Position numbers and translations under genes: made by a program
Origin: Chrysomallon squamiferum
Taxonomy: Eukaryota > Animalia > Mollusca
NCBI GenBank assembly: GCA_012295275.1
Contig: CM022667.1
Span: 11,904,001 to 11,968,000, forward strand
Direction: 5' to 3'
Length of the DNA stretch: 64,000 nt
Part shown: in pieces, positions 1 to 12,547 of the stretch
Position numbering within the stretch: the stretch's first letter is position 1
Layout: each line of letters starts with the position of its first letter
The notes under the pieces: generated by a model
What the model was told of the DNA's origin: nothing
The model's database searches: none
What the model saw: the letters and a program-made list of their open reading frames with translations, nothing else

Positions 1-12
1 ATAAAACCAACC

Positions 13-3000
13 ATGACTGAAGAATTTGATATAGAGGCAATGCTGGAAGCACCATACAAAAAAGAGGTGAATTATGAACTTTGTTTATGATACAGCATGA
101 TGAATTTAAACTCACTGAAATGTTTTTACTTTTAAAAAATTTATTATTTAGCATTACTATCTAGAGCAGAGCTGGTATATCATCTTCCACATGTTTGAAG
201 TGTGTTGTGTTTTGAACAGTGAGTATGAATGTCTGCTTACAGGGTTTATCAACATGAAGAAAGATAAACCTAAGACCTAAAATCACTTTTTTGTCAGTTT
301 TTCTCTTTTTTGCTCAGGAACATTACATTTTAAAGGGTACGCAGTTTCTTTTTTTATATACCATAAAAGATTGTTTTGTTTCTTCAGTCTTAATAATGAG
401 AAGTATGTACTGTTATGAAAATCTCATCAGAAGAATTAAAACAACCCTGGTGAATTTACTTATTTTTAAATTGTCAGTCTGTTTTGTTGTGCACTCTCCC
501 CATTGATTAAAAGTCATAATTTTATTGGTGTAGGTTATAGTGTTTAAGATAAGTTTGTTTAATACCAAGGAAACTTGATTTTTGGTTAAAAATGAGTAAA
601 TCATTATTAATTTTTTTCAGATGTTTTTTTCTTTAGGAATTACCAAATAAGAAATGTTTTCCCTCAAATCTGTAATAGACTAAATATTTCACAACTGTCT
701 GAAATATATCTTAAAATTTTGTTGTCCATCTTAAAAAATAACAAACAAAAAATAAATCGCATAAAACCCCCAACAAATCCCAACTTTATTTGAGTAAATA
801 TGTGATATTGTTCTTAAAAGAAGATAACAAATTTTAGAGGTTAGCATGCATAAAGTTGACCGTTTTGTTTCTTCATTCCATTTTTTATTTTTTTTGTAAT
901 TATAAAATAAATGAAATAAAATAAAAAATAATTTCCAAATAGAGATTTTAATTTTTTTTTTTTTGAGATGTAGATGTGCTTCTCATTGAGATTTTGTTTT
1001 CGTAGATTCAAGTACTGTTTCATGTTCACCTTGTTTCCTGAACTTGGCTTTCTTGATCCATCTTGAAGGTACAAATAAATATCAAGAGAACCAGTTGGTA
1101 CATTGTTTCAACATAGCATTAACACAGCAACACTATATAAGTTTTCAGACAGACAAAAATTAATGTATTTATTTTTTTTTAAACGATCTATCTTTAATGT
1201 TACAAGCACTAACAAATTTATTAAATCTTTTTTTTCTTTTCCATTTTTATAGTAAATTATTTGTAACTGTATTAAAATACATTATGGTTAGAGCTGGAGT
1301 TTTAAAATATAAAAGTGAAATGAAATTCATGATTAAAAATACATGATTTTTTTTTATCACGTGTTGGTGATGAGAGATCCTTGGTTTGGTTGATGAAAGA
1401 AATAATTTTATTTTTTTAAATCTTAAATGTTGTGAGTTGTGTGTGCCTTGTAATAGTTTAGAAAGAGTCTAGTAATTGCCCATCCCTTTCGTCTCAGGGT
1501 ACGCAAGAGTGTCGAAGTGGTTGCTGGCTGCCTGCGGATCCTTGAGACTTCCACACAGAAGAAAGTTAGCATCTGTTGGCTTGAACGAACCTAGTCCTGC
1601 ATTACCGCTGGACCAGTTATCATATATATTTAAACAACTGTATTTCTTTTTTTTTTTTTTTTTTTTTTTTTCGTTTTTTTTTTCCTTTTTTTTGCTGTTA
1701 GTTGGCAGCTGTAATTTGTCTTTGATAAACAGCTGGACAATAATAAATTGATGGCATTCTGCGTGGTTAAATTTGATTTTCAAATCAAGAATTTGTGAGA
1801 GATATTTTAAGTATAAAAAAATAATGGCAGCTGAAGGAATGCCATTGGTTTCATTGTTGTCATTTCTGAATTATAATTTTTCTTTTCAGTCAAGACAAGG
1901 TAACCATTAAAGACACACAGGCTTTAATATTTTTATTTTCTCCCATTTTGTTTTTGTCCTTTTTTTTTTTTTTTTTTAAGTTGCAGAAAGGAGTCCATTT
2001 TACCCTTTTTTATTTCCTGAAGTTTATTTCATAAAGGATAAAAGTGGTCCCTGTGGAAGTCATTGCAAGAATTATTTCTTCTTTTTTGTCTTTATAATTT
2101 AATTTTCATTGTATTGTGTTTTTTTGGAGAGTTTTTCTTTGGACCTGAAAGCTCCAGAATTTTTGGAAATATTTCTATAGCAGCCTGTGTATCTTTAATA
2201 GCAGTTATTTTATATTAAGTTTGTAAATAAGTCAGAAAAAAAACTAATATATGTATGGTTATTTCTCTCTTTATCCTAACTGCGTTGCTGATTTCATCAT
2301 ATGCTGTTTTGGACATAGGAAGAAGGCAAAGGTTCAAGTGCTGTCACATCTGATCGGGAAAGGAGGAGGTAATTATGTTTTATTATTGTTGCAATGTATT
2401 TTGATACTTAATTCAGATAAAAAAATACTGTTAAAAAAAATGAGTTACAATGCCCATTCCTGAAAGAGGAGAATTAATAACCCAGAAATTAATAAATATT
2501 TTATTAAGATACAGAAATAAGTTAAAAACACAGGGAGGTGGTATGTTGAAACACTATTCCTTAATTTTGAGCATTAACATATTCTGATTCCATACTTTAT
2601 TTTCAAATCCAATTTATGGAGATGGAATTTAAAATTTCTAATTTTAATTTTTTGTAAGATATTTTTGATTAATCAGTAGCTTTGATTTTGGTTGTAGTTT
2701 TAAATAGGCTGGGGACTAGTGAACACCAGCATCATAACTGATCAATAAATATTTCTGTTGCTACAACAGACAGTCCCTCTAATAAACAATTAGCTGTAAT
2801 CACTATATATGTGAACTGATGAATCTGAGTCCTCAGAATAGTATTCTAGTTAAATGACTAGAATTGTTATTGGCTCTTCCATAGAATGACAAAGTGATCC
2901 TTGAAGTTTGAGTGACCCTTTTTACTACATGGAAATGAATCTGTTTATAGGCTGATTCTCTCATAGGGACAGTTGCCTCTCGAAGAAAATTTTGGGATGT

Positions 3001-6000
3001 GAAAGAAGAACAGTTGAACAGCTTGAAGACTGACATGGAACATTTGAACTACACACTTGTTAAATGCCTTTGCTTTCTCTTCTAGGCTGCTGGTTGTCGC
3101 AGAGAACTCAACCCCAAAAAACAAAACCCCGAAACTTTAATTCTGTTGCTAACTATCATTCCTTGTCATTGAAATTGTAGGTGACTCTTTCGGTCAAATG
3201 GGGAGAGAGCATAGAAATAGATGTAACCTGACTAAGCACAAAAATTTAAAGGTATGTGAGCTGAGAATCAGTTTCATGAGCTTTTGGCAGGTGCCTCCTG
3301 GTGCTCACGTGTGCTGTTAACTTTGCAGCCACAGTGTTGCATGGTTATAAAGACATTCCAAAGCTGAAAGTATGGCTGGCACAGTTGATTTGGTTTGTTA
3401 ATTGGTTAATAAGTACTTTACTGCTTCAGTCAGCTGAAAATGCATAGCAGGATCTGATCAGTTCCATTGCCCATTAACATTTTTTTAATTTTTATTATTT
3501 TTTTTATCTTAATATTCGTATGTTTTATGTTATTGTTACAAATACATGTAACAGATGACGATCTGGTTCAGATTCATCTGTTTGTAAAAGTATTTGTAAT
3601 GGCTCATCATGTGTTTTGTTAAATTTGCAGATATAAACTAAATTGTCTTTTGTTTAACCAAATTTTTGAAATTAATAAATACAAGAATACACGCCTCATG
3701 GTAATGCAGGTAATAGCATTTTGAAACCACCATTGTTTTGCCTTTGCCTCCCATCTTGCAGTTTCGATGGTGTATTAATAACTACACATTGCTCATATGT
3801 TTTCATTTAAGATAAGATTAATGGAATAGTAATGCTTTGCTGTTGTCTTTCCTGTAACTGCATTCAAATAGAAATGGTTATTGCAAAAAAAGATTTTAAG
3901 AAGAGTTAATAATAAAAAAAATTTGAAAGCACTCATCCCCAAATTAATATTTATTCATTTATTTTTTTTTAAATAATTTTTTTATTTTGATATGATCTGA
4001 ATATATCATATAAATGAAATCCTCTTTCTATGAAGACTTAATTGTAAAACATCAAACTTTGGTTGAGACCTTGGGGTATATTTTGCAGAAGTCGAGATCG
4101 GGACAGGGAAAGGGATAGGGATAGAGACCGTGACAGAGATCGAGATAGAGATAGAGATCGAGACAGAAATCGAGATAGAGATCGAGATCGAGATAGAGAT
4201 AGAGATCAAGATAGAGATAGAGATAGAGATCGTGATCGTGATCGTGATCGAGATAGAGATAGACACAGGTGAGGTTTTATATATATGGCTTATATATATA
4301 TAGAGCACTCTCACAGTCTTGAAAGAAATGTTAACTGTTGTTTGGAACAGTTAATACATTTATTACTGGAAAGTGCCTTTGCTGGAGGATTGTCTATAAC
4401 AATTCTCACATTTTTTTTTTTAGTATTTAGATGACCCAGTGTGATGTTAAGGGAAAGACGTTTAAGGCAATGTGTGGCATTAAATAGTAAATTTTAGAAT
4501 AGCAAAGGTAAACAAAGTCTAATGGATAGTAAATGATAATGCTATGTTCCCTAGATGCAAAAATGCTGTTTGTTAAAGTTATCGTTTGCTGTCACCATCA
4601 AAACCAACATAAATGGCAGGAAAATTAGGTTTTTAAGAACTAATTTTTCAGCTACAAAATACATCACAGAGGAACAGTGTTTTGCAGAAGTGTATATGTT
4701 AACAATGCAGTAGAGAGATTTTTGGGTTCATACTGATCACAAATTTTTCTGATTTCTAAAAAATAAGTAATAAATAAAAAGTAATAAAGTGTGTGCTTTT
4801 TAAGCAGGCAACCTTTATAAAATGAAGACTATCAAGAATACAATCTAAATCTCTCTAGTGTAACACTAATGTAAAAAATTGCCATGTTTCATGAGAATTG
4901 TTTAGATAGTTCCTGAGAAATTTTGGTTTCAGTGTCTCGGGCAGATTGAAAAATGGAAAAACAGAAAAATAAGATGAGAAACATGGTCAGACCCTATTTA
5001 TTTCTCAATCTTGCCAGTCATTGAGCATGACATACATTTAGATATATAGAGGTCTGAAGTAAACAAGCTAAATGTTTTTTATGCGATTGCTTGCCTTTCA
5101 GACCCAGTTTCTGTGTAGATATCTTCACAAGAGCTATTTTTCTGCAGTCACTGTCAAAATAAACAATCATCATTTTTTTAGAGACACATCAGTCTCAAGA
5201 TCCAGTCTGGTGAATAGGATAAGTGCTTTCCAATTCATGCTTAGTGAATGGTAGGCTTAGAAAATGATTTATTTTCCAGATTTAAATAGGTCTCGTGACA
5301 CTCCCAGATAGGGGAAGTGATGTAGATCAGTTTAACATGTGATAACAGATTGTTACTGTAAAGAAAACAGCTGGTTTTAGGTCTAAAATGTCACTCTTAA
5401 TGAATGAAAGTGTTAGTAAATGACATTTTTAATGAAATTCAGGTACAGGACTGGAAAGTAGACATTGTTCATGAAGGTAAAAACAAAAAGCCAAAAAATT
5501 GTCAAATTTTCACATTTTCTGCTGTCACACATTGCCTTAATTCAAATAATAATTTGAAAAATCTTGGGTTTTAACTGAATGGTATAGATGCAAACTAAAA
5601 TGGTTAAATGTTGCATTTAGTGTACCATATTGACAATGCAGTTTAAAAATATTTGTGTTTTTTTTGTGTGTATGTGTACCCCCAGGTGACTCTTACCGTA
5701 TTACTTTAATAAGGTGTGAAGTTTGTTAATTGAACATATTTTTGTGAAGAAGTAATGAAAAAAAAAGGTGGGGGGCATTAATATTGTTCTGATGCTGACA
5801 GCATTCTATTCGTGGTGGGTAACCAGTAAAAACAATTGTAGGTTGATTTTATCAATCATCAAAGCAGCTGCAGTGTATTATCTTTTCATTAATTTTTTTA
5901 ATGTATAATTTTCCATTTTCTAGTGACCGCGATAGAAAGCGGCATGGCAGCAGAGATCGGGACCGGGATCGAGACAGATATGATAAAAAGGACAGAGATA

Positions 6001-9000
6001 AGTACAGAGACAGAGATCGGGATAGGGACAGACGGAGAAGAAGCAGGAGTAAGGACAGAGAGAGAGATCGTCGTGGGTGGGGGAAAGGCAGATCTCCGTT
6101 TAGAAAATCACATCGTCCAAGAAGTATCAGCAAAAGTCCTATAAGGTGAGTGCTTTTCCAGTGGTTTTGATATTAGTTACGTACTATTTAAAAAAAAACA
6201 AAAAAAACATGTTTTCATATCAATATTTTAATTTTTAATTACAGAAAGTGATAATGTTAGCATTTTTTAAATTATCGTTTCATGACCTTTCAAGCATACA
6301 TGAAAAAAGCACACCATAATTTGTTGTGAATTGAAACTACTTGTTTACAGCCTGAAATGAATTAGGAATTTTCTCTTTTTAATCAAATAAAATAAAAAAG
6401 AATTGTGACTTGCTCATCTAACCATATTCTGTGATTTGTGTTTGTAGAGAAATATTACCAGAGCTGACACCTGAAGAACGAGATGCCAGGACTGTGTTTT
6501 GTATGCAGCTGTCTGCCAGGATCAGACCACGAGATCTTGAAGAGTTCTTTTCTTCTGTGGGAAAGGTAATGGAGAAATTTAACAAAACTTTACTACTGTT
6601 TAATTTGTTCACGCATAAATTTACACATCATTCAGGTTTGCAGACAGAGGTAAAATATTCATTTATTAATAGGTCAGAGCTTTCGATTTAAAAAATTGTT
6701 TAAGCCACTTTTTGTAAATATAGTAACTACAAAAATAAATTTAAAACCAACTGGTTTCTTTTTTTGATTTAAATTTAAATGTTTCATCCTGTTATAACAT
6801 ATTGTTTCAGGTTAGAGATGTGAGACTGATCACAGACAATAAAACCAGGCGCTCTAAAGGAATAGCTTACGTGGAATTTGCAGAAACTGATTCTGTACCA
6901 CTAGCCATGGGACTGAATGGGCAGAAGCTTCTTGGAGTACCAATAATTGTACAGAATTCTCAAGCAGAGAAAAACAGAACTGCCATGGCAACAGGAATAA
7001 TGCAGAAAGGAAATGTTGGACCAATGAGATTGTATGTGGGTTCTCTTCATTTCAATATTACAGAAGAAATGCTTAGAGGCATTTTTGAACCATTTGGAAA
7101 GGTAAATTCATTTTCCTTTTACCTAGATAAAAAAAAAAAAAAGAAAACCTTTCCCTCAGCCCCAACACTATTATTTCAAACATTAAAATTTTATAAATTC
7201 TGAAATATTTAGATATAAATTCTGAAATATGAAATAACATGAAGTGTGAAATAATTCCTTCCCCATCTTGTGTGTGTTTTTACTTTAATTATGAAGAAAA
7301 TTGGTTAAGTTGCAGTGGTTATATTCTCTCTTTAGTTTTTTAATTTAAAATTTGTTTTGTTTTTAGATTGATGATGTGAAGCTAATGCGGAATCATGAAA
7401 ACAGCACCTCTCAGGGTTACGGATTTATAACGGTGAGTCGTGGAGAGAGGATGGATTGCTGTGGTGTTTGTTTGCAAGGACACTCGCAAGTTTTAGAAAA
7501 TGTTGAAAAATAATGCTCAAGTAAAAACAGAAAAAACTACATATTAATAACACATTGAACCATTCTAATTATGTAAAGTTTTAAAAATGAAAACACTGAG
7601 AGAATGTATATATGTGATATCAGATATTTTGAAAAATATTTAGATAATACAACAAGTGCTTATGTTGTATTTGACAGTTCCATGATTCGGAAGATGCAAA
7701 GAAAGCTTTAGAGCAACTCAATGGGTTTGAATTGGCTGGCAGGCCTATGAAAGTTGGTCATGTGACTGAAAGAACAGCAGAAAACCAAGGAGCCTCACTA
7801 CTGGACAGCGATGAAATGGACCGCACAGGAATTGATCTAGGTGCCACAGGAAGACTGCAGTTAATGGCAAAATTAGCAGAAGGTAAAAGCAGTACTTGTT
7901 TGAAATACGGATAAATATTTTTGATTGGTTACCTAGACATGTTTTTTTATTTTATTTATTTATTCTTTATTATTATTTTTTTTTTAATTATTATTATTAT
8001 GTTTTTTTGTATTGTATAATCTATTCAGGAATATCATTTGTCAGATAATGATTGTTATTTTTCTGTTGCTTCTACATCAAAGGCTAATCCTATATACTAT
8101 AGGGATTTTCTGTATAAATCACTTGACAATAGGGAAATAATTCCTTGGTTTCAGTTATCTATATTTTCTTTACATCAGGTTGACATTTTCATATTTGTGA
8201 ACTGGATATTCAAAATACTTCATATATATCAGATAATTTAATTCAAAGAAGATTAGGATCCAGATTAGTTTTAGCAGTGGCATCAGTTTTGTCAGATTTA
8301 TTTAAAGAAAAAGACAAACAATGATAATTACGTGTTGCCCTGAGATTCTGGTTTCCAGTAGATTAATAACTAAGTGTTTTTCTCTTTACAATGTTTTCAG
8401 GTACAGGATTTCAGATCCCACAGTATGCAGCCAATGCCTTAAATCAGGCAGGTGCTCCTGCTGGCACAATCATACCTGGACAGGTACCAGGCCAGGTACT
8501 CACAGCTGGCTCCTCTCCAGGATTAGCTGGATCTGCCCCTCCTATAGCTACTCAGTGTTTCATGTTGTCCAACATGTTTGACCCCAGTTCGTAAGTACTG
8601 CAGTAATTAAAAGATAAATTAGTTTTGCGAATAGGACAAATCAGTTCTCTAGTTTTGTTTAGTAGCTATATATGTAGCTTGATGGAAATTTTTATTTTTA
8701 TTCTTGGACCCCACGTTTAACTCCAGTTCATAAGTATTGTAGTAATGAACAAATAAATTAATTTTAAGATAAGGATAAAGCATTTTTCAGTTTTGTTTAT
8801 TAACAATACACAGCATTCTGGACTTTTAAGTTGGCTATTAGCTCATTTTACATAAACATATCTTTGTGGATCAACAACATATTTTGTTTTCATGCTATTT
8901 GGTTTTTTGCTTTCCCTTTCACAGAGAGACAAGATCAAACTGGGATCAGGAAGTAAGAGATGATGTCATTGAAGAGTGCAACAAGCATGGCGGAGTTCTT

Positions 9001-9548
9001 CATTTGTTTGTTGATAAAGCATCACCACAAGGCAACATCTATGTCAAGTGTCCCAGCATAGCAGCAGCAGTAGCGTCAGTGAATAGTCTTCATGGTCGTT
9101 ATTTTGCGGGTAGGTTTCTGTGTTATTTAAATTAACAAATAGTAGGATATCTATGTTTTGCCTTGTTCTGCAGTGTTCAATAGTAAACTTCACTTCTAGT
9201 AAAATAAAAGGTATTTTGATGTTAAATATTTGTTTTATTATATTTTTTATATATGTATTTACAAAAAAAAAATTCTCAGTTATTTTTTAAAAGCAGCTAA
9301 TACATTCAGAAATTTATTTTATTTATATTTAATATATTTTCTGAAATTCTCTTCCAAATAGCTAACTTGATATAATTGTGTTGGTGTTTTTTTCAGGTCG
9401 AGTGATCACAGCAGCCTATGTTCCATTACCAAACTATCATTCACTTTTCCCGGAATCACTACGCGCCAATCAACTTCTTCTTTCATCATCTCAAAACCTT
9501 CAGGGAACCTACACCACTGGATTCATGCAGCCAACTCTAATTCGATGA
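13..9548 (+). CDS. RBM39: RNA-binding protein 39 (Caper/CAPERalpha) splicing factor, 11 coding exons, ~570 aa
   Basis: Exons 13-66, 2319-2368, 4089-4268, 5924-6145, 6448-6565, 6811-7101, 7367-7432, 7678-7882, 8401-8590, 8925-9109, 9397-9548; all GT-AG and phase-consistent (1713 nt). N-terminus MTEEFDIEAMLEAPYKKE matches the RBM39 start. Then an RD/RS region, RRM1 (RTVFCMQL...SKGIAYVEF), RRM2 (RLYVGSLHFNITEEMLRGIFEPFG...GYGFITF), linker (GRLQLMAKLAEG) and UHM/RRM3 (TQCFMLSNMFDP...DDVIEECNKHGG...LHGRYFAGRVITAAYVP). 5' UTR lies outside the window. Confidence 0.96.
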
Positions 9549-12547
9549 TAAGAACACCAATGAAATATTTTTATACCACTGTTTCAAAGAAGGAAGCAAG
9601 ATGTGAAGAGAACAGTTTTAAAACGATGCACAAACAACTTGGAGGATATTCTAAACAGCCTAAACCAAGTGATTTGCTGATGCGTGTGCAATAAACAGGA
9701 CAGAAACAAGAAAGCAGTTAAAGAGTTCAAATGTTTGAAAAATTGTCAGTGTTGGTTAAGGACTGAACATTGTTATTAACATAGCAAAATTATAAAAAGA
9801 TTTTTTTTTTTTTTTCTTCTACATGTAAAGCAGATTTTCAGGCACAAGAAACAGGCAGGAAACAAAGTATTTTGTTTGCACGTATTATTTTTATTTATTT
9901 ATTATTTTCTTTCTTTATTGATTTAATTTTGTTGTTTTTTGTAACTTGTCTTCCACATCAATTTGCACATAAATAAAAACTAAACTAACAGCTATATGTA
10001 TCCAGATAATGATAAATTAAACAGCTCAGTATATATCTAACATGAAAACAAATCGTACTGTTATATGTATATGATTTTTTCTGATAACCAGAGATGGGGT
10101 GATGATTGTTATAAAGTGTTTTGAATAGTAATAATATACTTGATGAATTAAATGTACATTATTTTGTGTTGATCTATATAATATAGTCTGTCTTTGTGTA
10201 TAATAACATAACATACCTAAATTGGGTAAACATTCTTTCTTAAAGAAAAATTTAGATTCAGCATTAAAGTTAATGTACCCTCATATAGGTGTTTAAAATA
10301 TTGAAAAATATGGTTTTATTTCGGTACTGCTATAAACCGGAAGTATAATTTTTTTTTTTTTTTTTTTTTTCTCTTGGATTTAAACAGGTAGAGATACACA
10401 CCTGGCTGAGTCAAAATAATTGTTAGGTTTAAAAAGAAAATTGACCAAAAAAACATTGCATTTTGTTTCAATTTTATTTCTTAGAATGTGTTGTTGTTCA
10501 TTTAATGTGTGCAAATATAATTTTGCTTTTTAACTTGTTATATGAATAAAAATCAATATTTCTCTTTTCATATTTTTTTTTTTTTTTTTTTTATTTTATT
10601 ATTGACAAAATACTGAAATGTTGCTTTAGAAAGATTTAAAAAAAGGAAAATAAGAAACATACTGAAATTCCTTTGATATATTCATCATAAGTCACTGTAG
10701 AGCACTTTTCTAAAACTGGATTATGGTGTTAATTCTTCGAGCAAGGTCATTTGCTGCTCAACAGGTGATCTTCACTTCCAACTGATTATATGAAAAAAAT
10801 TGTCCCATAGTGGTAATATTTGTTCTTTTTCCCTCTTAACTGAATAAATTGACATTTGGGATCTATTTTTCTTTCCCGATGTATTATGCAGTTCTTAATC
10901 ATAAACGTCTTAAACATGTATGTATCAGTTTTTCTTTCATTCGACAGAATGGTTTAATACTGACCTAGATTCTCTTTGGTCAGACTATTCAAATTTTCAA
11001 CCAGACTGAATGAAATTAAACTATATCACATAAAAGATAACCACGTATAGAACATTTCCATTTATATATCTTAAATGATTCAGATGCAATACGCCTTGTT
11101 GGAAATGGAACTCATATTTATGTTTTTAAAGCTGTTTAGTAATAATAGCATTACAGTGTCCTCACTTGCATGTGGAGTTTGTGTGTCTTGTCCTATTGTT
11201 GTCAAGCAGCGAAACCACAGATCTTGTTTCAAACTAGTACAATAAATACTGGTTATTACCAATAAAGACAATTAGGCTGAGTTGACATCTATTCGCATTT
11301 CATTTCATTTCCCCAAAAACAAAATGCACCCATCTTCCTTACAGCCAAGTTCTCTAAAAATGTGTAGTGAAAGACAGGCTTGATCTATGGTTTTTTAGCT
11401 GCCCATGATGGAAATTAACTTTACAAGTTCTTTTTTGCAGTTCAGTCCCAAAACATTAAGAATTAGTAAGCACATTATTCAATTTTTCCCCAGTGCAACT
11501 GTCAGAGTTGCTGATACTTTCAGCTGACCCTGGTTATGGCAGAAAGTTGTGAAGAAAAAACCCCATACAGATTTGCTGTATTCCAGTCAATGAGGTTTTG
11601 CAAAACCTGCTATTTACGGACTCTCAAAACTAAACATCTTCACTGGGTGAAGGAGTTTCAATTCTGGTAGAAGATATGTAATAAGAAGGAAAGACTTCAT
11701 TTCAGCTATGCTTGGAAAGAATAGGGTTTAGTTTTACCTCTTTTTGCATTACCAATGTTACAAGTTACATTCAGTTTAATAGTGCAGTGTTAAATCCAGA
11801 ACCAGTTGCTAGTTACCTTGCTGAACAGCAAATAAGTCAAATGAAGTGCATTATAGTCCAGACATTTTTGTTAATCTAACATCACTGACCAGTGTCAAAA
11901 TACAGAAAGGTGAATTTTGTGGTGAAATGTGCAGTTTTAAAAAAATATATTTGACAAAACTACCTTAACTTTGTGGACATGCTTTATCAATGTGTCTGCT
12001 ACCTAGTGTATTTTCAGAAAGCAGGCCCAGTAATTTCTGGTCAATAACCAAGATTTGATTTTAGACCAACTTAGAGACTCTACTTATCATTTAGTACAAC
12101 TATCATAAAAAAGTATCAGCCCTGCAAACAGCATTTATCATGAAAAAGAAAGACAAATTTTTCATACTGATGTTGCTTTGTTGTACAGTAACAATTTAAA
12201 ATGTACATTTATCTAAATGTTAGAATTGTTTCCCCTGAAACTAAAATAAAAAAAATTAAAACAATATATTAAATAAAAACAAAAACAGATGTTTAAAAGG
12301 TTGTTTATTTAATTATCAGTTATATCTTCTAATATGTGTGTAACATCATGCTTGAAGATATTACTTCTTTGTAAACTGTATAGTTCAATGTACAAATTAA
12401 AATTATGACTTCATCCACTAAAATGCATAATTCAAGCATAATAGTATGTATTTGATAATATATTTATCATTTCATAAATTAAACAATACTATAAAAAAAT
12501 AATGTTTAACAAGTCCTTTTTATTTATTTTTTTCTTCTTTCATTTTA

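Noticed and set aside
98-1400. Box C/D snoRNA candidates (ATGATGA at 98, GTGATGA at ~1367) in RBM39 intron 1
   Set aside because: No D box (CTGA) at a suitable 60-120-nt distance with a terminal stem.
2817-2840. Hammerhead-like CTGATGA followed by a TCTGAG/CTCAGA hairpin
   Set aside because: The core continues GAAT rather than GAAA, and no stems I/III or NUH cleavage site could be built. Similar partial matches at 24054 and 28901 (-) also fail.
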